Shown here one piece after another: positions 10,518 to 22,334 of a stretch of DNA of 64,000 bases. Made by a program: the position numbers and the translations under genes. Below the pieces are notes generated by a model that searched no databases, was not told the origin of the DNA, and worked only from the letters and a program-made list of their open reading frames with translations. Position 1 is the stretch's first letter, and each line of letters opens with the position of its first letter. Source of the stretch: Rhodocyclaceae bacterium (GTDB lineage Bacteria > Pseudomonadota > Gammaproteobacteria > Burkholderiales > Rhodocyclaceae); contig JBKBMG010000004.1 of assembly GCA_046295975.1 (NCBI GenBank), positions 69,403-133,402 of the forward strand, given 5' to 3'.

Positions 10518-11681
10518 ATGAGCGCCATGAAAGCCTCGCCGTTTGCCTCCATGACGCTGCAAGACGCTGGCGCGACCCAGTCCAGTCAGATCGCCATCCC
10601 AACGCTGTTCATGCGCGGTGGTACTTCGCGCGGGCCGTTCTTCAGGGAAGAAGACTTGCCGGCCGACGTGGCCGAGCGCGATCGGGTGTTGCTTGCGGTG
10701 ATGGGTTCGCCCGACCGTCGCCAGATCGACGGCCTGGGGGGTGCGCATCCGCTGACCAGCAAGGTCGGCATCGTGCGCAAGAGCGCAGTGGCGGGGGTCG
10801 ATCTCGATTTCCTCTTCGCCCAACTCCAGCCCGACAAGGACACGGTAGACACCACCCCCAACTGCGGCAACATGCTCGCCGCGGTGGTGCCCTTCGCGCT
10901 GGAGACCGGCATGGTGTCGGCCCGGGGCGACACCACCACGCTGCGCGTGCTCACCCTCAACACCGACATGCAGTGCGACATCACGGTGCAGACGCCCGGT
11001 GGGCAGGTGAGCTATGCGGGGGAGGCGCGCATCGACGGCGTGCCGGGCACGTCCGCCCCCATCAAGATCAACTTCCTGGATACCGCCGGCTCGGTATGTG
11101 CGGGGCTGCTGCCTACCGGCAACGTGCGCGACGTGATCGACGGGGTGGAAGTCACCTGCATCGACAACGGCATGCCGCTGGTGATCTTCCGCGCCGAGGC
11201 GGTCGGGCGCAGCGGCTACGAGACGGTGGCCGAGCTCAATGCAGACACTGAATTGAAGACCCGTATCGAGCGCCTGCGCATCGCCTGCGGCCACGCCATG
11301 GGGCTGGGCGACGTCACCAACAGGAACTACCCCAAGATGACCCTCGTCGCGCCGCCGCGCGAGGGCGGCAGCCTCACCACCCGAAGCTTCATTCCCCACG
11401 TCTGCCACGACGCCATCGGCGTGCTGGCTGCGGTCACCGTCGGCACCGCCTGCGTGCTCAAGGGCTCGGTCACCGAGGGCATCGCGGCGGTGCCGGAAGG
11501 AAACCTCAAGACGGTGTCCGTGGAGCATCCCACCGGTGAGTTTTCGGTGGAGCTCGAGGTGGATCCCGAACATCCCCAGAACGTCACCCGCGCGGCGCTG
11601 CTGCGCACCGCACGGCTCATCATGCGCGGCGAGGTCATGGTCCCCGCTGCGATCTGGACCCAGCAAGGAGAACAAGCGTGA
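10518..11681 (+). CDS. ligU: 4-oxalomesaconate tautomerase (PrpF superfamily)
   Basis: Contains IPTLFMRGGTSRGPFF, LLAVMGSPDRRQIDGLGGAHPLTSKV, NCGNMLAAV and RSFIPHVCHDAIGV, closely resembling GalD/LigU. The track ORF from 10074 overlaps the LysR gene, so the start was taken at ATG 10518. Confidence 0.88.
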   Translation: MSAMKASPFASMTLQDAGATQSSQIAIPTLFMRGGTSRGPFFREEDLPADVAERDRVLLAVMGSPDRRQIDGLGGAHPLTSKVGIVRKSAVAGVDLDFLFAQLQPDKDTVDTTPNCGNMLAAVVPFALETGMVSARGDTTTLRVLTLNTDMQCDITVQTPGGQVSYAGEARIDGVPGTSAPIKINFLDTAGSVCAGLLPTGNVRDVIDGVEVTCIDNGMPLVIFRAEAVGRSGYETVAELNADTELKTRIERLRIACGHAMGLGDVTNRNYPKMTLVAPPREGGSLTTRSFIPHVCHDAIGVLAAVTVGTACVLKGSVTEGIAAVPEGNLKTVSVEHPTGEFSVELEVDPEHPQNVTRAALLRTARLIMRGEVMVPAAIWTQQGEQA

Positions 11682-12703
11682 TCATCGACATCCACGGCCA
11701 CTACACCACCGCGCCCAAGGCGCTGGAGGATTGGCGGAACCGCCAGATTGCCGGGATCAAGGACCCCTCCGCGAAGCCCTCGGTCGCCGAGTTGCGAATC
11801 TCGGACGACGAGTTGCGCGACAGCATCGAAACCAACCAGCTCGCCAAAATGAAGGAGCGCGGCTCGGACCTCACCATCTTCAGCCCGCGGGCGAGCTTCA
11901 TGGCTCACCACATCGGCGATTTCGAGGTGTCCTCCACCTGGGCGGCGATCTGCAACGAGCTTTGCTACCGGGTCGCCGAGCTCTTCCCGGAACATTTCAT
12001 CGGCGCCGCCATGCTGCCTCAGTCGCCAGGCGTGGATCCCGCGAGCTGCGTGCCCGAGATCGAGAAATGCGTGAAGGAGTACGGCTTCGTCGCCATCAAC
12101 CTCAATCCTGATCCCTCGGGCGGCCACTGGACCAGCCCACCGCTGACCGACCGCCAGTGGTACCCCATCTACGAGAAGATGGTCGAGCTGGACATCCCGG
12201 CGATGATCCACGTCAGCACCAGTTGCAACGCCTGCTTCCACACCACCGGTGCTCACTACATCAACGCCGACACCACCGCGGTGATGCAGCTGATCCAGGG
12301 GGACCTCTTCAAGGACTTTCCCACGCTGAAGTTCGTCATCCCCCACGGCGGCGGCGCCGCGCCCTACCACTGGGGCCGTTATCGGGGCCTGGCGCAGGAA
12401 CTGAAGAAGCCGTTGCTGAAGGACCACCTGCTCAACAACCTGTTCTTCGACACCTGCGTGTACCACCAGCCGGGTATCGACCTGCTGACCCGCGTGATCC
12501 CGGTGGAAAACGTGCTCTTCGCCTCCGAGATGATCGGTGCGGTGCGTGGCATCGACCCGGAGACCGGGCACTACTACGACGACACCAAGCGCTACATCGA
12601 GGCGGCAAGCCTGACCGCCGAGGAGCGCTACAAGATCTACGAAGGCAACGCCCGTCGCGTCTATCCGCGGCTGGATGCCGCGCTCAAGGCCCAGGGCCGC
12701 TAA
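11678..12703 (+). CDS. ligJ: 4-oxalomesaconate hydratase (amidohydrolase-2)
   Basis: 341 aa starting MIIDIHGHYTTAPKA..., colinear with Sphingobium LigJ (PPLTDRQWYPIYEKMVELDIPAMIHVS, IPHGGGAAPYHWGR). GTG start with an AAGGAG Shine-Dalgarno sequence and a GTGA overlap with the ligU stop. Confidence 0.93.
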   Translation: MIIDIHGHYTTAPKALEDWRNRQIAGIKDPSAKPSVAELRISDDELRDSIETNQLAKMKERGSDLTIFSPRASFMAHHIGDFEVSSTWAAICNELCYRVAELFPEHFIGAAMLPQSPGVDPASCVPEIEKCVKEYGFVAINLNPDPSGGHWTSPPLTDRQWYPIYEKMVELDIPAMIHVSTSCNACFHTTGAHYINADTTAVMQLIQGDLFKDFPTLKFVIPHGGGAAPYHWGRYRGLAQELKKPLLKDHLLNNLFFDTCVYHQPGIDLLTRVIPVENVLFASEMIGAVRGIDPETGHYYDDTKRYIEAASLTAEERYKIYEGNARRVYPRLDAALKAQGR

Positions 12704-12715
12704 GGAGACGACCTC

Positions 12716-13405
12716 ATGTCCATCAACAACCTCGGTGTCGTCCGTCGCCATATCGAGCGCACCGACCCGGAAACCGTGGCGCGGTTGGCCAAGTTCGGCG
12801 TGGCCACCGTTCACGAAGCCTTTGGCCGCGCCGGTTTGATGAAACCCACCATCCGGCCCATTTATGCCGGCGCCCACCTGTGTGGTACCGCCGTCACGGT
12901 GCTGCTGCAGCCGGGTGACAACTGGATGCTGCACGTGGCGGCCGAACAGATCCGCCCGGGCGACGTGGTCGTCGCGGGCTGCACCGCCGACAGCACCGAC
13001 GGCTTTTTCGGCGATCTGCTTGCCACCTCTTACCGCGCGCGTGGTGCGGTGGGCTCGGTCATCGACGGCGGCGTGCGCGACGTGAAGGACCTCACCGCCA
13101 TGGGCTTCCCGGTGTTCAGCCGGGCGATTCACGCCAAGGGGTGCACCCGCGCCACATTGGGTTCGGTGAATATTCCGGTGGTGTGCGCCGGGGCCCTGGT
13201 GAATCCTGGCGACGTAGTCGTGGCCGACGACGACGGCGTGGTGGTGGTGCCGCGCGAAGTGGCGGCCCGTGTGGCCGACGCGGCCGAAGCCCGCGAGGCC
13301 AACGAAAGCGCCAAGCGCGCGCGGTTTGCCGCTGGCGAACTGGGGCTGGACATGTACCAGTTGCGCGAGCCGCTCGAAAAAGCCGGCCTCCGGTACATCG
13401 ACTGA
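12716..13405 (+). CDS. ligK: 4-carboxy-4-hydroxy-2-oxoadipate aldolase / oxaloacetate decarboxylase (RraA-like)
   Basis: 229 aa containing [27 protein letters not shown] and [31 protein letters not shown], as in LigK. Confidence 0.93.
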   Translation: MSINNLGVVRRHIERTDPETVARLAKFGVATVHEAFGRAGLMKPTIRPIYAGAHLCGTAVTVLLQPGDNWMLHVAAEQIRPGDVVVAGCTADSTDGFFGDLLATSYRARGAVGSVIDGGVRDVKDLTAMGFPVFSRAIHAKGCTRATLGSVNIPVVCAGALVNPGDVVVADDDGVVVVPREVAARVADAAEAREANESAKRARFAAGELGLDMYQLREPLEKAGLRYID

Positions 13406-13417
13406 GCGGGGCGCGAC

Positions 13418-14410
13418 ATGGCCACGCTGCATCACCCCCTCGAATGGCGCATCGGTCTCGTCGGCTACGGCGAGGTCGGGCGCATTCTTGCCGAGGATCT
13501 GCGTGCCCAGGGGCTGCGGGTTGCCGCCTACGATCGCAAGCTCGGCGGCGGCGAAGAGGCTGCGCTGGTTGAACACGCCGGCCGGCACGGTGTCACCCTC
13601 GCGGCCTCGCACGCCGCCCTGGCGGCCGGCGCGGACCTGATCATCTCGGCGGTGACCGCCGATCAGACCGTCGCGGTGGCCTCCGCCTGCGTGCCAGGCG
13701 TGCGCGCCGGAAGTTGGTTTCTGGACCTCAACTCGGCCTCGCCGGGCGAGAAAATACGCGCCGCCGGCCTGGTGGATGCGGCCTCCGCGCACTATGTGGA
13801 AGCCGCGGTGATGACTTCCGTGCCGCCCTACCGGATTCGCGTGCCCATGCTGCTGGGGGGCGCCGATGCCGCGCAACTGGCACCGGCGCTCGCGGCCTTC
13901 GGTTTCGAGGCGCGGCTGGCGTCGGCGCGCCTGGGCGTGGCGTCGGCCACCAAGATGTGCCGCAGCATCATGATCAAGGGCCTGGAAGCGATGGTGATCG
14001 AGAGCTTCACTGCCGCCCGCGCCTACGGCGTGGAGGACGCGGTGCTGGCTTCGCTCGCCGAGACCTTCCCAGGTATCGACTGGGAGCGGCAAGGCGCCTA
14101 CTTCTTCCAGCGCGTCATCGAGCACGGCCGTCGGCGTGCCGAGGAGGTGCGGGAGGTGGCACGTACGGTGCGCGAAGCCGGGCTGGAGCCCTGGTCGGCC
14201 ACGGCGACCGCCGAACGCCAGGCCTGCATGGCGGACTTGGCGGACGACGGCGTGTTCGGCCAGCGCGGCACCGCCGGCTTCGCGCGCAGCCCGGACTGGC
14301 GCACCGAAGCCGACCGCCTGCTCGAATACCGTCAGCGTCGCGCGGCGAACCGGGCAGGGGACACGGCGTCGCAGCCCGGGCGGGCGTCGGTCGCCGCGGG
14401 GGCAGGCTGA
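13418..14410 (+). CDS. NAD(P)-binding 6PGDH-like oxidoreductase with a DUF1932-type C-terminal domain; role unknown
   Basis: 330 aa. Rossmann motif IGLVGYGEVGRILAEDL, and a C-terminal ...KMCRSIMIKGLEAMVIE segment typical of DUF1932 proteins. Its stop overlaps the ligI start (TGATG). Confidence 0.7.
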   Translation: MATLHHPLEWRIGLVGYGEVGRILAEDLRAQGLRVAAYDRKLGGGEEAALVEHAGRHGVTLAASHAALAAGADLIISAVTADQTVAVASACVPGVRAGSWFLDLNSASPGEKIRAAGLVDAASAHYVEAAVMTSVPPYRIRVPMLLGGADAAQLAPALAAFGFEARLASARLGVASATKMCRSIMIKGLEAMVIESFTAARAYGVEDAVLASLAETFPGIDWERQGAYFFQRVIEHGRRRAEEVREVARTVREAGLEPWSATATAERQACMADLADDGVFGQRGTAGFARSPDWRTEADRLLEYRQRRAANRAGDTASQPGRASVAAGAG

Positions 14411-15417
14411 TGTCCGACACGCCTGGCATGCCTGCGGATGGTATGTCCCAGGCGCAAGACGCTACGACAAAATCTGGAATGGACCCACAACGAATGGATT
14501 CGCAACGCTTCGAAAAAACGCCGGGCTGGCTGGATTGGTACGCAGGGCCGACGCAGCCCCAGTTCCGGGTGCCCGACGGCGCGGTGGACGCACATTGCCA
14601 CGTATTCGGCCCGGGGGCGGAGTTTCCGTACGCTGCCGAGCGCAAATACACGCCTTGCGACGCAAGCAAGGCGCAGCTTTTCGCGCTGCGCGACCACCTG
14701 GGTTTTGCCCGCAACGTGATCGTACAGGCCACCTGCCACGGCGCCGACAACCGTGCCATGGCCGATGCCTGCCGTGCCGCGGGGGGCAAGGCGCGCGGCG
14801 TGGCCACGGTGCGCCGCAGCGTGAGCGATGAGGAATTGCGCGACCTCCACGCGGCGGGCGTACGCGGGGTGCGCTTCAACTTCGTCAAGCGCCTGGTGGA
14901 TTTCACCCCGCGCGACGAATTGCTGGAGATCGCCCACCGCATCGCGCCGATGGGCTGGCATGTGGTGATTTACTTCGAGGCGCAGGACCTGCCCGAGCTA
15001 TGGGAGTTCTTTACCGCCTTGCCGACCGTCGTCGTCGTCGATCACATGGGCCGGCCGGACGTGACCAAGCCGGTGGACGGCCCGGAGTTCGAACTGTTCG
15101 TGAAGTTCATGCGCGACAATCCCAAGGTCTGGAGCAAGGTGAGCTGCCCCGAGCGCTTGTCGGTGAGCGGCCCGGCCGCGCGGGACGGCGAGCGCGCCGC
15201 CTATCGCGACGTCGTGCCGTTCGCGCGGCGCATCGTCGAGACCTTCCCGGACCGTGTGCTGTGGGGGACCGACTGGCCGCATCCCAACCTGAAGGACCAC
15301 ATGCCCGACGACGGCCTGCTGGTCGACTTCATCCCCCACATCGCGGTCACGCCCGAGTTGCAGCGCAAACTGCTGGTGGACAATCCGATGCGGCTGTACT
15401 GGCCGGAGGAATGCTAG
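14410..15417 (+). CDS. ligI: 2-pyrone-4,6-dicarboxylate lactonase (amidohydrolase)
   Basis: Contains GAVDAHCHVFGP, VQATCHG, VVVDHMGRP and LWGTDWPHP, as in LigI. ATG 14410 is the first in-frame start after the upstream stop. The first ~40 aa (MSDTPGMPADG...) form an unusual extension, so a later start is possible. Confidence 0.88.
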   Translation: MSDTPGMPADGMSQAQDATTKSGMDPQRMDSQRFEKTPGWLDWYAGPTQPQFRVPDGAVDAHCHVFGPGAEFPYAAERKYTPCDASKAQLFALRDHLGFARNVIVQATCHGADNRAMADACRAAGGKARGVATVRRSVSDEELRDLHAAGVRGVRFNFVKRLVDFTPRDELLEIAHRIAPMGWHVVIYFEAQDLPELWEFFTALPTVVVVDHMGRPDVTKPVDGPEFELFVKFMRDNPKVWSKVSCPERLSVSGPAARDGERAAYRDVVPFARRIVETFPDRVLWGTDWPHPNLKDHMPDDGLLVDFIPHIAVTPELQRKLLVDNPMRLYWPEEC

Positions 15418-15543
15418 AGAACATGCGTGCTGCGTGCCCGCATGGCACTACAGCGCCACGGCAAGCAGTTGCGGCGCCGCAAGGCGGGCGACTCCCGGCC
15501 CCGACGGAGAGCAGGGCGCATCGCAATACAAGGAGACGAACAC

Positions 15544-17838
<2,295 letters not shown>

Positions 17839-17888
17839 GCCACGCTCGCCACCCCACGCCAACGCGGATTCAAAGGAGCCAGCAAGCG

Positions 17889-18884
17889 ATGCAACAACGC
17901 CGCCTCGGACCCTTCCCGGTCGGTGCCATCGGCCTCGGCTGCATGAACCTGTCGCACGCCTACGGCGCCGCGCCGCCGCGTGAGGCGGCTGCGGCCTTGT
18001 TGCGACGGGCGCTCGACTGCGGCATCGCGCATTTCGACACCGCAGCCCTGTATGGTTTCGGCGCCAACGAAACGCTGCTCGGCGAGGTGCTGGCGCCGTT
18101 CCGCTCGCGCTTCACCCTGGCGAGCAAGTGCGGCATGACCGGCGTGGATGGCAAGCGCGTCATCGACGGCCGCCCCGACACGCTCCGCCGCACCTGCGAC
18201 GAGGCCTTGACGCGTCTGCGTACCGAGGTGATCGACCTCTACTACCTGCACCGCTGGGACAAACAGGTACCGATCGAGGATAGTGTCGGCGCCCTGGCCG
18301 ATCTCGTGCAGGCAGGCAAGATCCGGGCGATCGGCCTGTCCGAGGTATCGGCCACGACGTTGCGGCGCGCCCACGCGGTGCATCCGGTCGCTGCGGTGCA
18401 GTCCGAGTATTCCCTATGGACGCGCGAGCCCGAGATCGCGGTGCTGGACGCCTGCCGCGAACTGGGGGTGACCTTCGTCGCCTTCAGTCCGCTCGGACGG
18501 GGCTTTCTCGCGGGCGCCCTGGCCAGCGCCGAGGACGTCGACCGCCTCGACACCAAGGACATCCGCCGCGCCATGCCGCGTTTCCAGCACGAACACCTGG
18601 CGGCCAACCTGCGGTTGTTCGACGCGCTGCGGGAGCTGGCCAGGCAGTGCGATCTCAGCCCGGCGCAATTGGCGCTGGCGTGGCTGCTCACGCGCGGCGA
18701 ACACGTGCTGCCGATACCCGGCACCACCGCAATCGCGCACCTGGAGGAAAACCTCTCGGCCGCTGAGATTGTGCTCGATCCCGCGGTGGTGGCGCGACTC
18801 GATGCGCTCATCAACCGCGATACGGTGTCGGGGCCCAGATACGCGGCGACCACTCAGATGGAGATAGATACCGAGGCGTTTTGA
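17889..18884 (+). CDS. Aldo/keto reductase
   Basis: 331 aa. Starts MQQRRLGPFPVGAIGLGCMNLS..., with FDTAALYG, YYLHRWD and the AKR fold pattern. Confidence 0.88.
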   Translation: MQQRRLGPFPVGAIGLGCMNLSHAYGAAPPREAAAALLRRALDCGIAHFDTAALYGFGANETLLGEVLAPFRSRFTLASKCGMTGVDGKRVIDGRPDTLRRTCDEALTRLRTEVIDLYYLHRWDKQVPIEDSVGALADLVQAGKIRAIGLSEVSATTLRRAHAVHPVAAVQSEYSLWTREPEIAVLDACRELGVTFVAFSPLGRGFLAGALASAEDVDRLDTKDIRRAMPRFQHEHLAANLRLFDALRELARQCDLSPAQLALAWLLTRGEHVLPIPGTTAIAHLEENLSAAEIVLDPAVVARLDALINRDTVSGPRYAATTQMEIDTEAF

Positions 18885-18891
18885 ACCCGAT

Positions 18892-18920
18892 ACCACGGCG
18901 CCGGCCATCGGCGCCGTGGT
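18892..18920 (+). terminator. 12-bp perfect stem-loop after the AKR gene (no T-run)
   Basis: Stem 'accacggcgccg' / 'cggcgccgtggt' with a 5-nt loop, 8 nt after stop 18884. Confidence 0.4.
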
Positions 18921-19007
18921 GATCGCAGGGCCGGAGCGCGGCGTTGCCCGTTCCGTATACAAGAAGCATCCGCGCATCAGCGCGGACGACCACGAGGAGA
19001 CAACCTG

Positions 19008-20057
19008 ATGAGAGCGTTCAGCACCCTTTCCACGTTGGCGGCGTCATGCGCCGCCCTTGCCATGGCGTTCGTGCCCGCGGCCCCGGTTCAGGCGCAGGAG
19101 GTGACCCTGCGGCTGCACCAGATGCTGCCGCCGCAGGCCACCATTCCGGCTGAGGCGATCGCCCCCTGGGCCCGCGCCGTCGAGGAGCAGAGCCAGGGGC
19201 GGATCAAGATCCGCCTTTTCCCCAGCATGCAGCTTGGCGGGCGTCCGCCGGAACTGTTCGATCAGGCGCGCGACGGCGTCGCCGATGTCATCTGGACGGT
19301 GCTGGGTTACACCCCGGGGCGCTTCCCCAAGAGCGAGGTGTTCGAACTGCCGTTCACCACCGGCAACGCGGAGCAGGGCTCGCGCGCCTTCCAGGAGTTC
19401 GTCGAAACCCACGCCGCCGATGAGTTCCAGGATGTCAAGCTGCTGGCAGTGCACGTGCACGGACCCGGCCTGTTCCACAGCCGGACGCCAATCGAGAAGC
19501 TCGAGGACTTGCGCGGCATGAGCGTGCGCGGCGGTTCGCGGGTGGTCAACATGATGCTCGAACAACTCGGCGCGACGCCGGTCGGCATGCCGGTGCCGGC
19601 AGTGGGCGAGGCGCTCTCCAAGGGCGTGATCACGGCCACCACGGTGCCGTGGGAGGTCGTTCCGCCGCTGCGGGTGCACGAAATGGTGCGCAACCATACC
19701 GGTTTCTCCGGCGATACTGGCCTGTATACCCAGACCTTTGCGTTGGTCATGAACAAGCGCAGCTATGAGCGCCTGCCCGATGACCTGAAGCGCGTCATCG
19801 ACGCGAACTCGGGCAGCGACGTCGCCGCCCTGTTCGGCCGGGCGATGGACGAAGGGGATGCCAAGGCGCTGGCCATGGTGTCGGCCGACAAGCGCAACCG
19901 TATCGTGGCGCTCGACGAAGCCGAGACCGAGCGCTGGAAGAAGGTCGGAGAGGCGGTGCGCGAGGCCTGGTTCGCCGAGGCGCAAGCCCGGGGCATGGAC
20001 GGACGCCAGCTTGCGGACGAGGCGGCCAGGCTTGTGAGCCGGCACTCGGGAGAGTGA
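19008..20057 (+). CDS. TRAP transporter substrate-binding protein (DctP family)
   Basis: 349 aa with a signal peptide ending ...AAPVQAQ. Contains the DctP-like motifs VTLRLHQMLPP and FPKSEVFELPF. GAGGAG Shine-Dalgarno sequence. Confidence 0.9.
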   Translation: MRAFSTLSTLAASCAALAMAFVPAAPVQAQEVTLRLHQMLPPQATIPAEAIAPWARAVEEQSQGRIKIRLFPSMQLGGRPPELFDQARDGVADVIWTVLGYTPGRFPKSEVFELPFTTGNAEQGSRAFQEFVETHAADEFQDVKLLAVHVHGPGLFHSRTPIEKLEDLRGMSVRGGSRVVNMMLEQLGATPVGMPVPAVGEALSKGVITATTVPWEVVPPLRVHEMVRNHTGFSGDTGLYTQTFALVMNKRSYERLPDDLKRVIDANSGSDVAALFGRAMDEGDAKALAMVSADKRNRIVALDEAETERWKKVGEAVREAWFAEAQARGMDGRQLADEAARLVSRHSGE

Positions 20058-20060
20058 TTC

Positions 20061-20657
20061 ATGGCCGCACGAGGTTCGGGGGCAATCGCGATGGAGGTGT
20101 CAGGCATGGCAGGGACGGCAGCCGGTGACAGGGTAGGGCGACTGCTATACCACACCTGCCGCGGCATTGCCTGGTTCGGCGGAGTGGTGCTGGTGGCGCT
20201 GGCGGTGCTCAGCGTCGCCAGCATTGCCGGACGCAGCGCCAGTGGCGCGGGGTTCGGGCCCGGACCGGTGCCGGGTGATTTCGAACTGGTGGAGTTGGGC
20301 ACGGCGCTGGCGGTGTTCTGCTTCCTGCCCTGGTGCCATCTGTCGCGCGCACATGCGGTGGTGGATTTGCTGTGGCGCCTGTACCCGCCCTGGCTCGCCC
20401 GCGGTGCCGAGATCGCCGCCGATCTCCTGATGCTCGTGGTGTGGCTGCTGCTGACCTGGCGCATGGGGGTGGCGATGCTGGAGTATCGCGCCCAAGGCGA
20501 TACCAGCTTCATTTTGCGCATGCCTTTGTGGTGGGGCTATGCCTCGGCGCTGGTGCCGGCCGTGCTGGGGTGCGTGGCCTACGCCTGGCGATTGGCCGAA
20601 ACGCTGGGTGTGGTGGCCGCGCCTGCCGGTTTCGTACGCTCGGCGGGGGGGCATTGA
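20061..20657 (+). CDS. TRAP transporter small permease (DctQ family)
   Basis: 198 aa with about four hydrophobic helices, positioned between the DctP and DctM genes. The N-terminus may be shorter than annotated. Confidence 0.8.
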   Translation: MAARGSGAIAMEVSGMAGTAAGDRVGRLLYHTCRGIAWFGGVVLVALAVLSVASIAGRSASGAGFGPGPVPGDFELVELGTALAVFCFLPWCHLSRAHAVVDLLWRLYPPWLARGAEIAADLLMLVVWLLLTWRMGVAMLEYRAQGDTSFILRMPLWWGYASALVPAVLGCVAYAWRLAETLGVVAAPAGFVRSAGGH

Positions 20658-21986
20658 ATGGATTCCCTGCATCTGGCCGCCTGGTCGTTTCCGCTGTTGC
20701 TCATGCTCATCTTCCTGCGCATTCCCATCGGCCTGTCCATGCTGGTGGTGGGGCTGTGCGGTTCCTGGCTGGTGTTCGGCGACGCCCTGCCGCTGCTCAA
20801 TCAGATGAAGAGCCTGGCCTACGGCCAGTTTTCGGTGCATTCCCTGTCCATCGTGCCGCTGTTCCTGCTGATGGGTCAGTTCGCCACCCTGGGAGGGCTG
20901 TCGCAGGCCTTGTTTGGCGCGGCCGAGGCCTTCATCGGCCACCGTCGAGGCGGTGTCGCGATTGCCGCGGTGGGCGCGTGCGCCGGTTTCGGCTCGATCT
21001 GCGGGTCGTCGCTGGCAACCGCCGCGACGATGGGGCAGGTCGCCCTGCCGCAGCTGCGCCGCGCCGGCTATGACGGTGGCCTGGCGACGGCGACGCTGGC
21101 GGCCGGCGGTACCCTGGGCATTCTCATCCCGCCCTCCATCGTGCTGGTGATCTACGCCATTCTGGCCGAACAGAACATCGCCAAGATGTTCGCCGCGGCC
21201 CTGGTGCCAGGTCTGCTGGCAGCACTCGGCTATGCGATGGTGATCGCCGTGGTGGTGCGCCTGCGCCCGCACTGGGCGGGCACCATGGCACCGCTGCCGT
21301 GGCCACAGCGCTGGCGCGCGTTGGCGGCGGTGTGGCCGGTGGTGGTGATTTTCCTGGTGGTGATCGGCGGGATCTACGGCGGCGTGTTCACCCCCACCGA
21401 GGGGGCTGCGGTGGGGGTTGCCTCCACGGGTATGCTGGCCTGGTGGCGCGGCGGCCTGACGCCGGCCACACTGCGGCGTGCGCTGGAAGCGACCGCGGGC
21501 GCCACCGGCATGATCTTCATGATCGTCCTCGGTGCGGCGGCCTACAACAGCTTTCTGGCCTTGTCGCTGTTGCCGCAGGAACTGGCCGCCTGGGTCGGGG
21601 GCCAGGGCTTCGCGCCGTTCATGGTGCTGGCGGCGGTGTTGTTGTTCTACCTGGTGTTCGGCTGCGTGATGGATTCGCTGTCCATGATTCTGCTGACCGT
21701 GCCGATCTTCTTTCCGATGATCATGGGGCTGGACTTCGGGTTGTCGCCGGAGGAAACGGCGATCTGGTTCGGCGTGCTGGTCCTGATCGTGGTAGAGGTG
21801 GGGCTGATCACGCCGCCGGTGGGCATGAACCTGTTCATCATCCAGTCGATGGCGCCGGGGGTGTCGATGCGTGACACCTATCGCGGCGTCCTGCCCTTCG
21901 TCGCCAGCGACATCGCGCGTGTTGCGGTGCTCGTACTGTTCCCCGCGATTACGCTGTTCGTGCTGCGTTTCGGCGACATGGCTTAG
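20658..21986 (+). CDS. TRAP transporter large permease (DctM family)
   Basis: 442 aa polytopic membrane protein. Its start abuts the dctQ stop. Confidence 0.92.
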   Translation: MDSLHLAAWSFPLLLMLIFLRIPIGLSMLVVGLCGSWLVFGDALPLLNQMKSLAYGQFSVHSLSIVPLFLLMGQFATLGGLSQALFGAAEAFIGHRRGGVAIAAVGACAGFGSICGSSLATAATMGQVALPQLRRAGYDGGLATATLAAGGTLGILIPPSIVLVIYAILAEQNIAKMFAAALVPGLLAALGYAMVIAVVVRLRPHWAGTMAPLPWPQRWRALAAVWPVVVIFLVVIGGIYGGVFTPTEGAAVGVASTGMLAWWRGGLTPATLRRALEATAGATGMIFMIVLGAAAYNSFLALSLLPQELAAWVGGQGFAPFMVLAAVLLFYLVFGCVMDSLSMILLTVPIFFPMIMGLDFGLSPEETAIWFGVLVLIVVEVGLITPPVGMNLFIIQSMAPGVSMRDTYRGVLPFVASDIARVAVLVLFPAITLFVLRFGDMA

Positions 21987-22334
21987 GGCGCAGCCGGCGC
22001 CTGCCTTGGCGGAGCGTTGTCCGATGGACTTGCCAAGTCTTGAACTCCCGCGCATTACCACGCAGATCGCAGGACCTGCCAGCGCGCCTGTCGCTGACAT
22101 GATTCATGTGAGGTAGTGACGCGGCGCGGCAGTACGCCGGACTCCTGCCATGGCGAGGCTCCGCGCCATGCCGTATCGTTCTAGCAGCTATACCCCGCGC
22201 CGTGCCGCATGTCTTCGCCATGGTTACACAATGCCGTGAGACGACTGGGGCCGGCACACTGCGCCTAGGTTCTGCGGTGATCCGGCTCGGTTGTCCAGAT
22301 GCAGCACACAAAAAGAAGAACGTGGAGGGACAGC

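Noticed and set aside
11327-14125. 932-aa ORF on the minus strand spanning ligU, ligJ, ligK and the DUF1932 gene
   Set aside because: It lies antisense to four genes with strong, recognisable homology. The translation is Arg/Gly/His/Ala-rich low-complexity sequence typical of shadow ORFs in high-GC DNA. It has no motif and no sensible start context.
20145-22100. 651-aa minus-strand ORF opposite the TRAP permease genes
   Set aside because: This is a shadow ORF antisense to clearly polytopic DctQ/DctM genes. Its extreme Arg/His/Gln/Gly composition is not protein-like.
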